Source: Carcharhinus longimanus (taxonomy: Eukaryota). From it: 64,000 bases of DNA. The first letter of the stretch is position 1; each line of letters begins with the position of its first letter. Where the stretch lies: NCBI GenBank assembly GCA_030264375.1, contig JASCQW010000098.1:44728278-44792277 (forward strand), in the 5' to 3' direction. The notes under the pieces were generated by a model. The model saw only the letters and a list, made by a program, of their open reading frames with translations. It did not search any database and had not been told where the DNA came from. A program made the translations under genes and the position numbers. This document shows, one piece after another, positions 13,171-26,636 of this stretch.

Positions 13171-14600
13171 AGCCTGGAATATGATAATTAGTCTCCAATT
13201 AAAACTACTTAATTTTTAAGCCTCTCTGTAAATTTCTTGCAAATTTGTCCCTTCATCTCTTTCCCATTCACAATAGTCAGAAGAAGATGCCCTATCATGC
13301 GAAGATACCTCAATTGCTTCTTTGGTCTAACCAAATAGATTCTGTTTTTGACCCCCTTTAGGGCATTGTCTCCCTACAGCACTGAAATACTCTCCTTAAT
13401 ACTGCTCAGAGCTCCTCCCTTCTTTCCATCCTGTATTCAGGAATATTTACTGGCCAGTCCTGCCCTTTTTTTAAGGCAGGTCTTCCCATCATCTGGACAT
13501 TATATCCCTCCTGGCTATCTGCACCTACCGTTCACCAACCTATTTATGGCATTCCATGTGTTCATATTCATACACCATAAACTTTTAATGTGGACTCTGA
13601 CTCTGGTCCCAACTAATACCCAGCTATTTATTACTCTGTTCTACCGTCCTCTCCAATTTTTTGTGCATCTTAGTTTTCAACTCTAATGCTATGTCTTGGC
13701 TCCTGTCCCCTGCCAAGTTACTTTAAATCCTCACCAATAATACTAACAAACCACTCTACCGAGATGTTAGTTCACCTGCAAATCACCTGCCTTTTTAGGT
13801 TCAACCTCCCTCCGAAATCAATCCCAATGTCCAAGGAATCTAAAAGCCTCCCTCCTGCATCATTTCTCCAGCTACACTCTATCCTCTATATTCGCTAGCA
13901 TTGGGCACCATGAGTAATCCAGAAGTTGTTACCTTTGAGATCCTGCTTGCTAGTTTTTTTCCTAACTCCCTAAACTCTGCCTCCAAGAACTCATCTCTTG
14001 TTCTACCTACCTTGTTGCTACCAATATGGACCATGGCCTCTTGCTGTTCACCCTCCTATTTAAGGGGGCACTGCAGACGCTCAGTGATATTGATGACCCT
14101 GGCAACAGGGAACATACGATCCGGGATTCAAATCAGCAGCTTCAGAAACACCTACCTGTTCCCCTAACTAGTGAATCCCCGAGCACTAATCTTTTGCTAC
14201 ACTTCCTTCTGCATCCCAACCCACCTGAGCCAGCCATAGTGCCATCAACTTATCCCTGGCTGCATGATCAAGAACTGTCATTTTGACTAGTGATTAGAAC
14301 TAGATCCCAGTTGGATGGTGAGATACTCTCGCGATTCCTACACTACCTCCCTGCTCCTCTGACTGCCTGATGATCACCATTCCCTCTATCTGCACAGAAC
14401 CAGAAATGGATGTTTGCATAGCACACACCTTTGCAGATGCGCCATTAGGACATTTACCTGCTGCCCAAGCACCTCCATCTGACAAGTAGCGCATGTCTGG
14501 TTGTCCAGGACATCAGTATTTTCCTGGAGATTCCACATGAAACATAGTCTCATAGGCATAGACACAGCAGTGTTCCCCATTCCAAAAGATGCAGACTATG
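13170..14600 (-). mobile_element. CR1 5' region: ORF1 zinc finger plus SGNH esterase, decayed
   Basis: Minus strand CFMWNLQENTDVLDNQTCATC (CR1 ORF1 zinc-finger-like) and VHIGSN...FRELGKKLASR.SKV..SGLL (esterase-like). Confidence 0.7.
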
Positions 14601-14674
14601 AGCTGCCTTAATAAACAAACAATGGCCCGATATTCACCAAGGAGCTGCTTTCTCACTCAGTGAGGACAGGACCC

Positions 14675-15085
14675 AGTCTCCCACTCTATTTCCTGCTGCT
14701 GTCACTAAACTCTGCGCTCTGTGTGTCCGGGGCTCTGTCTCCCACTCCATTTACTGCTGTTGCTGTCACTAAACTCTGTACTCTCTGTCCGGGGCTGCGT
14801 CTCCCATTGTATTTACCGCTGCTGCTGTCACTAAACTGTGCGCTCTGTGTATCTGGGGCTCTGTCTCCCACTCCATTTACTGCTGCCGTTGTCGCTAAGC
14901 TCTGTACTCTGTCCGTGACTCTGCCTCCCACTCTATTTACTGCTGCTGTCACTAAACTCTGCGTTCTGTGTGTCCAGGGCTCTCTCTCCCACGCTACTCA
15001 CTGCTGCTGCTGCTGTCGCTGTCGCTAAACTCTACGCTCTGTGTCTCCAGGCTCTGTCTCCTGCTCTATTTGGTGCTCTGTCACT
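14675..15085. repeat. ~60-bp minisatellite, about 7 copies
   Basis: Unit ~ctcccactctatttactgctgctgtcactaaactctgcgctctgtgtgtccggggctctgt. Confidence 0.9.
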
Positions 15086-15469
15086 CAGCCTGTCGTCGCC
15101 TCTCAGCTCTACGATCTGAAACAGCTGCAAATCCTGGAGACAGAGGCTTGTCTGCCGCTAATGCAGCCCGAGTAAGGAGATCTTCTTTAAACCTGTCATT
15201 TTTTTTTCTCTTTCTGTTGTTAGCAGATTTGCTGCCTTCGGGGTTTTCCATTGTGTAATTTGCAGCCGTGGTTTTAAGAAGCAGTTTGTATCAACCAAAA
15301 TATAGGTTATTTGGGACAGTCATTTCAGAATTCATTTTTATACAAGTTACTGCTTTGTGGGTGTCCATTTGTACAATGTATGTGCTGCTGTAAAACCACG
15401 TGACAGCTTGTGTGTCAATTTATTTTGGTAAATAGCTGTGACCTTTGAATTGAATGTGTATACTCCAGT

Positions 15470-15775
15470 GGGCAATGTAGGGAGAAGTGCCAGTTTGTTG
15501 AATGCGCTATCCTTAAACTCTACGTTTAACATTTAATGAAATCTGCCTCTTTAGTTGAATAGTAAATGTCCCACATCCTATTTCGAGAACAGGGAGTTAC
15601 TCTAGTCAATATTCTTCTTCCAATTAACACCACCAAAATCAAGTTAACTGCTTATTTATCTCATTGCCATTTATTTGATCCTTCTTTGCGCAAAATGGCT
15701 GCTTTGGCTTTGCAAATAATAAATCACTGCATTTCAAAATAATTCATTGTTTGTGAAGTGTGGTGAGGCACAGTT
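15470..15775 (+). mobile_element. Old DeuSINE (SacSINE1/AmnSINE1-like) relic
   Basis: gtaaatgtcccac..ctatttcga..cagggagtt...gcgcaaaatggctgc...ttcaaaataattcattg resembles the recalled Deu-domain consensus. Confidence 0.55.
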
Positions 15776-18700
15776 AGAGACTTTAAGAACGAAGGAGTTT
15801 CCCTTTGCCTGTACATGTCTTCTAGTCGGCCCCAGTAAAGCAGAATTGCAGGTAGGCACATGGATTAGCCATAAATTGAACAAACGATTGGCCTGTTCAA
15901 AAAATCCTTCAGATGTTTGGAGNNNNNNNNNNNNNNNNAGAGGAGATAAAGAAAATGTCGATATGCTGTATCACTATGGAAGCCCCTGAAGAATAGCAGT
16001 AAACTATGATGAGGAAGATCTAGTGAAGTGTAGGCTATTGAACTGCTATGGAATCACTCAAAATCCTTATATTTGTCTGCATTCTGTCTTCAAGTGCATT
16101 TAAGGTACCCATCAATGAATGTGAACCCTAGCAGCTCAATAGTGGCAGTGGGAGCCTTCATGGGAGACCTTCCCACTCTATACTCCATGCTACCAAGAAT
16201 TCCACTGCATATGCCAATGGTGCTTTTGTTGTTCATTAGCAGAATGCAATGCAAGCACCTTTTGTGTAACAGTAGATCTCAGGTTCAATATGACAGGAAA
16301 TATGCTGGGCAGAGGGCTGGATTATACAATGAGGACAGGCTCCCTGCACTCTAGCACATATTATAGGGAAAACCCACTGTCTATTGGCCAGCTCGCCTCT
16401 CTTTGATTTTTCAGGCGACAGTTTTTAATGTGAATGAGGCAGGACTACTGCCTGTCTCCAAGATAAAGTCCCACTTCATAGAGATGCCAGCCAAATAGAG
16501 GCAAACAACTCTGTGCCACACCAGATTCAGTGGCCATTACCAAAGATGCCCAAGAGAAAGAGAAACCACGGATACCCCAAAGCCAGGAAACTGCTGAATC
16601 TCTCCCAGGCCAGTAGACAGACTCTAGTGAGGGAGCAGGGGCCATGGTGGATAAGGAAAGGAATGAGGGTGGACATAGGGAGACAAAACTTCTGTTGGCA
16701 CAGGGGGCCCAAAAAGGAGGCACCTTCACTTTGTCTTTCACTGACCAGCAGCTCACAGGGTTAAAGCTGTCAGGCTACACATTGGGTGCAAGCCTCTTCT
16801 GCCTCCTATTAGCTTGGAACAACAGCAAAATTAAGTCCTTAATGAGGCATTAATGCCCACTTAAGAGCTTTAATTGTGCCACAGGCAGGTGATCCATCTG
16901 ATGTCTCACAAAAATTGTGGTGAAGGCAGATGGGCCAATGGTGGGCATGCCACCAATGGCAGAGCACCCTAATTTATGGGCCTGTCCACCTGTTTGCCCA
17001 CCTGCAAATGGTCCATTATTCATGGGCTCTACCAGAATACTGAAGTACTCTTACAGTATGTGCTCCACAAAGACAAGTGATTGACCTGTGTTTGTCCTTA
17101 TGTAAAATCCTCTGGGCAGGACTCATTTACCTGAAAGCACGCTTTTGAAATCACCATGGCAATGCAACTCAGTATGGTCAGTGAGCACGCTAATCTGCAT
17201 TATTCTGCTCAGCAATGCTATCCCTCGCTTGCCCTTTCTTTCTAATTCTGCAACCCCTTTGGAAACTCATTGCATCCTCCAAGATGCATAGTTCTGAGCT
17301 AGTGCTTGCATCAGGTGTTAAAGTGAACTCAAATAATAGTGCTAACTCTGAAGAATAGTCACAATGCATGAGAAAGCAGCCTGGTTGTGTGTAAGAGACA
17401 AGTTTCCTCTTTCATGGATTTTCACCTTTCTGTCAAGGGAATAAATGGCAAACTATTTTGAGATTAAGTTGATTTGTGATGGGATTAAAAATGTGCTGAA
17501 TTCTGCACCTATGCTATGGCACTGTACACCCAGCTGACAGTACACATTAGGAATTAAGATGCCATTTTACTGTAAAGATTGCAAATCAGCAGCTTGTTGT
17601 TAACCTGAGTCTTCACCTTGTTGTATACCTCATACTGGACCACTATTCTCCAAATTGCATACTGATTATTATAAAAGAGGTTTCTCATCATGGGGACAGA
17701 TTTTGAACTGGAAGAATGTCATTACATCCTTCTCAATCATTAAATGCTACTTTTTTCCCTTCTCCAGCAACAAACATGTTCATGAATTGTTATATTGTAA
17801 GTGTGCTTCACACTGCTTCTGCCATCAAATATGGTCCAATGCTGTTTCTATAAGCATATTAAATAAATTAACGTCAATATTGTTCTCTCCATTCTTGCAG
17901 CATTTACAGTCACCTAGACTTGTTGTATTTGAGTCATAACTCCCTAACTTCTCCACATATGTGGAGAAGATTAAGCTTGGTTTAATCTTCAGAAGATTAA
18001 GCTTGGTTTTCGTTGTATATCTTTGACCTATTGTAAGTTTTGATCACATTAAGGTTGTTTCACTGCTATCAGAGTACAGCTATATCATTATGTGTAAAAG
18101 TGCAGAAAACTTAAAGATATGTCTTTACAGAGTACGCTTTAGACTTAATGCATATATCATAAAACTTATTTTTTCAAATTTTTATGTGACATGCATTTTG
18201 TCATCTCTGTGAACATGCCTGGTAAACTCATTCTTTGTTACTTACCCTTTATCTTAAGACTAATGATGAGGGCATCATCATGCTAAATGCTACAATGCCT
18301 CATCCCAAACCATTTTCCACAGGCACAACTAGACTGAAGGCAGTTCACATGTGGTGTCTGTTAAAGAGTTGGATAACTCATCAATAGATGACTTGCAGCA
18401 AGTGAATTCTTGTCAGTACCTGAATGCAATGTAATGAAGGACACATCACCAACAATATTTGCCACAGTATTTCTGAGGTTTAAACATTTCAGCACAAAAA
18501 TATTCTTATGTCAAAATAGGAGTTCTTACCTCCTGGAGTTATTTTTCCAAAATTTAGCCAGGTCACTGGGGAAAAAAAATTCAATGTTAAGCAGTCAACA
18601 CAATGCAATCCAGGAAGTACAACCCAGAACAAGGTACAAAATTAATTTACTATGTCACACAAATAAAATCCTTTCAAAAATTTATTGCCTTCTGTCAAAA

Positions 18701-19514
18701 TTACCACAAAATTGGCTAGCATTGCTGCATTAATACACCATCCCTCAGAAGTCTACAGGTGGGATTCTAGGTAGAAACCAAGCAGAAAGGGAGTTAAAAT
18801 GGAACATATAATTTCCTGCTGCATATCCACCCAAGGTACCAACCTGGATCAGTAGATATCCCCTATAACTATACAAATTGAGGTTACAATGGCACACTTA
18901 ATGAGGAACATGTCTATTTCCTGCCATTTGAAAAACAATTCAATAGGAGGGAGGTGCATGGGATGCCTGCTATATTTCCAGTGTAAACTCCCAGGTAAGT
19001 GACAGCCTACCCACCACCAATCTTCTCAAAAGTTGTTGGTAAAGAAGAAGAAAACTGTCCCTGAACCTTTCTGTTTCTATTAAACATCCTATATTAGTAA
19101 GTAGAATAACTACTGGATACAGGTAATATCGATCATCTTGTATTATTGATAAAGTTCAGGTTAACCATATTATTCTAATGAGAATAAGGTGGTATGCATG
19201 TGGCACCTATCATCCAATCTATCATGGATAGAAGTCATACATATTAAAGAAGCATGATTCTTGCTACTGGGAGTATCGCCTTTGAAACAATGGGACCTAG
19301 ATATGGATAAATTGAGTTGCTCTAAACTGCAGGTGAGTCATCTGTCAATGTAAAACCATTAATCCCAGTCAAGTGGAAACATAGAATGACTTACTCACAT
19401 GGTATATGCTTTTGGTAAGGTATTCTCCACACATTACAGTGCTGATCTTGTTAGTGTTACTATTATGCCACTAACAAAGATATTTCTTTTTAACCTTTGC
19501 ATGTGTATTTACAG

Positions 19515-19659
19515 GATTCCGGAATTTGCACATAGATGATCAAATGACTCTCATTCAATATTCTTGGATGGGCTTGATGGCATTTGCAATGGGATGGAGA
19601 TCATATAAACATGTCAAAGGAAAGATGCTGTACTTTGCTCCAGATCTGATATTCAATGA
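19515..19659 (+). CDS. pgr: Progesterone receptor LBD exon (human exon 5 equivalent)
   Basis: tttacag acceptor, gtgagt donor, 145 bp. Translates (G)[47 protein letters not shown](E). [13 protein letters not shown] and [17 protein letters not shown] are PR-type. Confidence 0.96.
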
Positions 19660-19833
19660 GTGAGTAGATCCAACCTTACACACACTGAAATAGTTGTACT
19701 ACATTAGCTTAATGGTGATCATGCTGCTGGTTGCTGTTTATTTCCATTCGGGTTACATATTGAAGAACCAATGTAGCAGTCTTGTTGCATTGGTGGTCAA
19801 CTGCTAAACTGTGTGGAGGCCCAACCTTGCTTG

Positions 19834-20566
19834 AGTCCATGAGAACAGATCATTTAAATCATTGGACTGTGCTTTCTATTCACATTGACCCATGTGTATG
19901 CAGCCCTATTCAAGTGAGAGTAGGATATGCAGCAGAAAGAAGTTTAATGGGTGCTGTTGGGTAAAAGGGAAGTGCCAGCACAACAGGGCAAAAATTCTGT
20001 TGAAAGGTTGAAAATAACTTTGAAAAAAATTGCCAGCTTTTCCAAAAGTATTTGGGGAAAGAAGAGGTTTCAGAAAGGCAAGAGAAGGCAAACCTAATGT
20101 AGAGCCATGTAGCAGAATCTATGAGCAATTAGCGGAATATTCACTTCTATACCTTGTTTAAAGGTAGGAAAAATAATCAGTATTGCTATCCAAGGTGAGT
20201 GTGAAGAGGGTTTACCTGTTTTGTACCTCATACATCCATCATACAAGACAGCAATGCAGCATGCCCTAGAAAAAAGTGGCAGCCAGGCTTCAACCTGCCT
20301 GCAATATCAGTAGAATTTGTGAAAAAGATGATTGCCTTTCTGACTCCTCTTCTTTCCCCAAGTACAGCTTTTGGAAAAGCTGACATTTTTTTCAAAGTTA
20401 TTTTCAACCTTTTGACAGAATTTTTGCCCTGCTGTGCTGGCACTTCCCTTTTACCCGACAGCACCCATTAAACTTCTTTCTGCTGCATATCCTATTCTCA
20501 CTCAAGTAGAGTCAATGTGAATAGAAAGCACAGTCCAATGATTTAAATGACCTGTATTCATGGACT
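19834..20566. repeat. Long inverted repeat (~240-bp arms, ~250-bp spacer), fold-back/MITE-like
   Basis: 19834-~20081 is the reverse complement of ~20331-20566 with scattered mismatches and indels. Confidence 0.9.
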
Positions 20567-21099
20567 TTTGGGATGCAAACAAGCTAAATGAACCAATAGG
20601 GTGAAATCGTACCAAAATAATTCTAAGCCTAATGAGCATGAAAACAGGAGAGAATCACACCCATTTTTGGGCGAGTTAAAAATCCAATCCTTCCACACTC
20701 TGAGCAAAAAAAGAAACAAGATCTGTTTCCTGCCAGAAATGGGAGGAAGTATGGCCTACGTTCGCCAAAAGCCAGCAGCTCACAGCATGCGCAATCGCGC
20801 ATGCACAGATCTCACTTCCTTTTTATATATTCTTATCATCTGTACATATATTCTATATCTTTATAGCTCTTTTCATCTGTATGTATATTCCCGACTAGTT
20901 TACTCTTATTCCATTTTTCCCTTTTATTATCAACTATGGTGGCTGTTTGCTGATTACCATAACATTTATAATTCTCAGATTTACTACTATTCTTTGCATC
21001 ATTATAAACTTCTTCTTTTAATCTAATGCTATCCTTAATAATCTCACTGAGACTTTATTTTTCAATTTAATGTATTTTTGTTGAATTGTTTTAATTGCT

Positions 21100-21712
21100 T
21101 GATGGCAGTGGTAGAGTATGAGATATGCTGAATCATGAGATTACGGATTGTCGTGGAATATAATTCTGATGTTGATGGCTTGCAGCACCTCATGGATGTC
21201 CAGTTTTGAGCTGCTGGATCTGGTCTGATTCTATCCTAATTGGGGGTAGTGCCATAAAACATGCTGGAGGCACCCTCAGTGTGAAGATCGCCTTCATCCC
21301 CACAAGAACTGTGCAGTGGTCACTCCTCCCAATACTGCCATGGACAGATGCATCTTTGACAGGTAGATTAGTGAAGACAAGGTTGAGTCTTGTCATCTGT
21401 TGCAAGGCTGGTCTGCCAGCTATGTCTTTCAGGCCCAATCAGCTCAGTCAGTAATGGTGCTACCAAGCAATTTTTGATGGTGGACACTGAGGTTCTCCAA
21501 CTAGAGTACACTCTCTGCCCTTGCAATCTACTGTGGTTCTTCTAATTCTTGTTCAACATGGAGAAGTACTGACTCAGTAACTGAGGGAGAGCTGGTGGTA
21601 ATCAACAGGGTGTTTTCCAGTCCTTGTTTGACCAGATGTCTTGCAGATTTCATAGTATTTGGAGTCAATGTTGAGTACTCACAAGGCCACTCCCTCCTAG
21701 CTGTATACCACT
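21100..21712 (-). mobile_element. LINE (CR1/L2 group) AP-endonuclease fragment
   Basis: Minus ORF LNLVFTNLPVKDASVHGSIGRSDHCTVLV carries the SDH motif. Confidence 0.75.
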
Positions 21713-22817
21713 AATATCTCTGCATTAATGGTGAATGTGGGTCACACCTTTTCTTTCCTTCAACTCTCCTGCAGGTGAATGAGTGAGTAAGTGGATGGGC
21801 GAGTGAGTGGGTGAATTACACACTCACCCACTCACTCACCATTCATTCATCTATTCACTAATGCTCATTCATTAAAATATTTGAGACCTTTGAAAACTTT
21901 ATACATGAATATGGCAGCTAATGTAGCCTTCAACATGCTTGTGTGTGAGTGAAAAGATTGATGGGTGAATGAGTGGGTAGGTAAGTGTGTGGGTGAATGG
22001 GTAGCAAGGAGTGAAGGAACAACCAGATCAGGTGGGAAGTCTGGTCGGGTTAGGTAGCTGGGTTGGGGAGAATGTTGTCAAGTGGGGGATGGCTAACAGT
22101 TTGGCCAGACACATTTTGGTCAGATGGGCAATCTGATTAAGTGGACAGTGGGGTTGGAGAAGGCGGTTTTGGTTGGAAGGGATGGTCAGGTCAGGTTGGA
22201 GGGTCGGTTGAAATTGGGGGGTTGGTTCGATTCGGTTGTGGTACTGAGTTCAGTTATGCTGGCTTGTCTCTAAATTAGGTCAGGTATTAACTAGTTCCCT
22301 GGGTAAATATCCGGGTAAGTCCCACATATCCAGCCTGAGCTCAGCGCCGGAAACATTCAGGGAAGGTTCCAGGCAGAAAAATGAGCCCATTGGAAATATA
22401 AAATTCCCAGGCAATTAGAGGTACAGGCGCACACCACTTCCTCTACTGGATCCTGACACACAACACACACTTAATCCCAGATCTCAGTGCTGGGAAGATT
22501 TGGACTATTATATTTGTACTTTCAAGAATCACAGTACATGTTGGAAATATTAATCCCTTGTAGTTTATAAGGCAGTTCCACAGAAGAAAACAATTAAAGA
22601 AAAATATTCACCCCCCAGGTTTACAGGGTGATTAAAGATGGGGATTTAGTGGTAATCTTGCCGGCATTGCCCCCATCCTGAGAATGATATATTTTCTTAA
22701 ATTATATTTAATATCAAATCACAATAACATCTTAATTTAAACTGCAGTTTGATTGACTTGAGTGTAATGAGATAGATTTCCTGTTGTGGAGAATATCTGA
22801 CTGGAAGATGGTAGGAA

Positions 22818-23172
22818 ATTATGGAATCTTTACAGTGCAGAAGGAGGGCATTCGGCCCATCGAGCCTGCACTGACTCTCCGACAGAGCATCTTATCCAGG
22901 CCCACTCCCAGCGCTATCCCCATAACCCCCTGCATTTATCTTGCTAATCCTCCTAACCTACACATCTTTAGACACTGAGGGGCAATTTAGCATGGCCAAT
23001 CCATTTAATCTGCACATCAATTGAATGTGGGAGAAAATCGGAGCACCCGGAGGAAACCCACACTGACACAGGGAGAATGTGCAAACTCCACATGGACAGT
23101 CATCTAAAGCTGGAATTGAACCCGGGTTGTTGGCACTGTGAGGCAGCAGTGCTAACTACCGTGCCACTGTAC
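22818..23172 (-). mobile_element. V-SINE
   Basis: Reverse complement of the 1168 element (ggagcacccggaggaaaccca...tgtgcaaactccaca). Confidence 0.85.
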
Positions 23173-23527
23173 CACCATGCCACCCTAAATGTGCCTGAGG
23201 GCCATTTTACTGCCTCTCTGACTTCCATTGCCACCTCCAGAAGAAGTAATGATAAAGGAGAACTTGCATGACAAGTTGTTATGATTTGGAATGCACTCCA
23301 TGTAAGGATGGTGAAAGTTGATTCAATAGTAACTTTCAAAAAAAAGGATATATATTTGAAAAACAAACATTTGCAGGGCTGCAGAGCCAGTTTTCTTTGT
23401 CCTCCACTGCTCACACCCTGCTCCCTCCTCACCACGGATTTCATTCATCAAGATGTAGCTTAATGGGCACAAATCTACATGTGAAAATGTCTATTATCAA
23501 GATGACAGCCGGGATTTCTTTATCACA

Positions 23528-23747
23528 GGATCATAGAATCCCTACAGTGCAGAAGGAAGCTATTTGGGCCATTGAGCCTGCACCAACAACAATCCTATCC
23601 AGATCCTAGCCCCATAATGACACATATTTACCCTGCTAGTTGCACTGACCCCAGGGGCATAGCCAATCAACCTAACCCACACATCTTTGGACTATGGGAG
23701 GAAACTAGAGCATCCAGAGGAAACCCACACAGACATGGAGAGAACGT
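23528..23747 (-). mobile_element. V-SINE 3' part
   Basis: atcatagaatccctacagtgcaga...ccagaggaaacccacacagacatggagagaacgt. Confidence 0.8.
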
Positions 23748-24317
23748 ATTTCTCCATGTTTTACCTCAATTTGGAGTGGCACCATTATTTCTAAGAATGC
23801 ATTACTGGTGCAAAGGAAGCAAGGATACGCCCTGCAACCAACATTCACACTTAACATTAGATATGAAAATTAATTTGTAATAAGATATGAATAACTGGAA
23901 TCATTAGGATTTGAATTAGCCTTCCAGCCAGCTACTGGGAGTATGTGACAAGATATTGTGGGGTGAATGTAGGGTAGGTTTTCTCCAAGCAATACAGTTC
24001 TGTCTAAGCTGTGAAGCTGCATGGTCCTGCAGCAATCCAGAATGTTCTGCACAGTGAATAAACAGACTGTGCATAATCAACATTCCCTTTAAGATGTGTG
24101 CATGCACAGCTACATGGCAATCTTAAAGAGACCACGCTGAAATTGTGCACAACAAACAGAAATGAAAGAGAACATTGGATGGCACCAGATTCAGCCTTCT
24201 GAGCACTGCCTGGCACAGATCAATCTTCCTGCTCTCAACTGTCCGGACAGTGCCAGTTTACTGGTGTAACTGAAGGAGAATAGCTAATTTTATGTTAAAC
24301 CTTTTTCCTGCAGAGTA

Positions 24318-24632
24318 GTAGCTAGCATTGCTGCCTCAGTGCCAGGGACCTGGGTTCACTTCCAGCCTCAGTTCAGTGTCTGTGTGGAGCTTACACATTC
24401 TCCCATGTCTGCGTGGATTTCCTCTGGATGCTCCAGTTTCGTCCCACCCTCCACATAGTTAGATTAATTGGCCGTGCTAAATTGCCCCTTAGTGTCAGAG
24501 AGATTATCAGGATAAATACATGGGGTTAAGGGGATAGGTCGTAGGCAGGATTGCTGTTGGTGCAAACTCAATGGGCCGAATGGCCTCCCTCTGCACCCTG
24601 CACTGTAGGGATTCTATGATCCTATGCTATGA
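24318..24632 (+). mobile_element. V-SINE
   Basis: Head, V-domain and tail ctgcactgtagggattctatga. Confidence 0.85.
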
Positions 24633-25155
24633 TTCAATTCCAGTGAATAAGAGAAGAGAGAAAAGATAGTAAGAACAAATTAATGTACCAACTCCTCGAT
24701 TTAAAACATAATTGTTCAAAAAGAATATTCCTCTGATTCACTCTTCATGCTGCCACATTGAGGTGATCTTAGAAAACTTTGCAATTTGAAAATATTTAAT
24801 CAGCTTTAATTTAAGCAAAGGCTATTCAAAAGCTCTCGGTTCTCTAGCTATTTGATTTCACTGGCACCGTACTTTTCCAACATGCTGGCTAATTAGCACA
24901 GGGAATAAATAAAAATTATTAAAATGAGCTAATGTCAATAAATAATAAGTGAGTGCCTTTACACACAAATTGCACACCATTTGGGTGAAAAACAATGATG
25001 TTGCTGCTATCACAACTGGAGCAACTATATATCCCAGGACAAACAACTGGTTTGAATTTACTTTTCCTTTTAAGTAATTAATGCTGGAAATGACAAGAGT
25101 TGGGAACGTTGCGTACATTTTATCTGATGTTTACTTAGATGATTATCTTTTTCAG

Positions 25156-25286
25156 GCAACGAATGCAAAAGTCTGCAATGTACGACCTGTGTATAGCAAT
25201 GCGGCAAATCTCACAAGAGTTCATTCATCTTCAAGTGACCCAAGAGGAATTCTTATGCATGAAAACCTTAATACTCCTTAACACAA
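25156..25286 (+). CDS. pgr: Progesterone receptor LBD exon (exon 6 equivalent)
   Basis: ctttttcag acceptor, gtaagt donor, 131 bp. Translates [43 protein letters not shown], in phase with the previous exon. Confidence 0.96.
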
Positions 25287-25914
25287 GTAAGTGAGAATAG
25301 AAAATTGACACAAGGAAGCAAACCAGCATTCCTTTCTCGAAATTAATTTGTGAATTTTATATTTGAATGACTTGTTGCATTCCCTCATGAATCATTCTCT
25401 GGTTAGATCCTTAAAAGTAATCTGATATACCACACTGCAGGCACCACCCCCCCCCCCCCACCCCGCCCCATTTTGNNNNNNNNNNNNNNNNNGGAGCATT
25501 CTGAACTGTCTCATGCTGTACTATTATCCTGGATAGTCTCTCAGCTTAACAGCCACAGCAAATTCAAATAATAATTGCTCATTCTTTGGATGACCCATGG
25601 GGTTGGTTTGATAGCACACTTGGCTTAATAAAGATGTGTTCTCAGTTGAGATTATTGCCTATTTAAGGAAATTTTTTGAAAAAAAATCTTGTTGGAGAAA
25701 TCAGATGTTCCTGATCATGTCCGATTTTTATGGAAACCAGCCATTTCTGGTTTCAAAACTTGTAACTCGGCCACTCAACTAAGATCAGTGGCAGCTCAAA
25801 CAACAATCAGCATCAAACTACTGCTCAATTGCAGCAATCTAATCCGTAACTGAGAAGTAAAAGAGGAGGACATTTTAACCCAGAAAAATGGACAGGCTTT
25901 GAGACAACAATCAG

Positions 25915-26562
25915 GCGTTACCATTGACCAGAAACTGAACTAGACTGGCCATATTTCTATATATATATGTGGCTATAAGAGTAAGTCAGATGCTAGGAAT
26001 CTTGCAGTGAGCAACTCACCTTCTGACTCCCCATAGCCTGTCCACCATCAACAAACACACAGATCAGGAGTGTGATGGAATACTCTGCACTTGCCTGGAT
26101 GGTTGCAGCACCAACCACACTGAAGAAGCCCAACACCATTCAGGACAAAGCAGCTGGCTTGTTTAGCACCTGCATCCACAAACATTCAATCCCTCCACCA
26201 CTGACAAACAGCGGCATTTGTGTGCACCATCTACAAGATGCAATGCAGGAACTCATTAAGACAGCACTTTCCAAACCCACGGCCACTACCATCAAGAAGG
26301 GCAGCAGATGCGTGGGAACACCACCACCTGGAATTTCCCCTCAAAGTCACCCACTATCCTGGAATACATCACTGTTCCACTATTACAACTGGGTCAAAAT
26401 CCTGGAACTCCCTCCTTAAAGTACTGTGGGCGTAACTATACCATACGGATTGCAACATTTCAAGAAGGAAGCTCACCATCACCTTCTCATGGGCAATTAG
26501 GGATGAGCAATAAATGCTGGCCCAACCAGTAATACCCACAGCCCATGAATGAATTTTTTAAA
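25915..26562 (+). mobile_element. LINE 3' end (L2/CR1 group)
   Basis: MEYSALAWMVAAPTTLKK..TIQDKAA RT C-terminus. Tail gggcaattagggatg.gcaataaatgctgg...atgaatgaat. Confidence 0.75.
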
Positions 26563-26636
26563 AAGGCAGAATGTTAAAACATTAAAAATACAAATCCTGG
26601 TCCAAACCAGTTTTAATGGAGTTAGACACTAAGATA

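Noticed and set aside
1-19514. Upstream pgr exons (DNA-binding domain, hinge/helix 3)
   Set aside because: No zinc-finger or LGERQL..VVKW-like exon was found by eye. They are presumably upstream of the window or in a gap.
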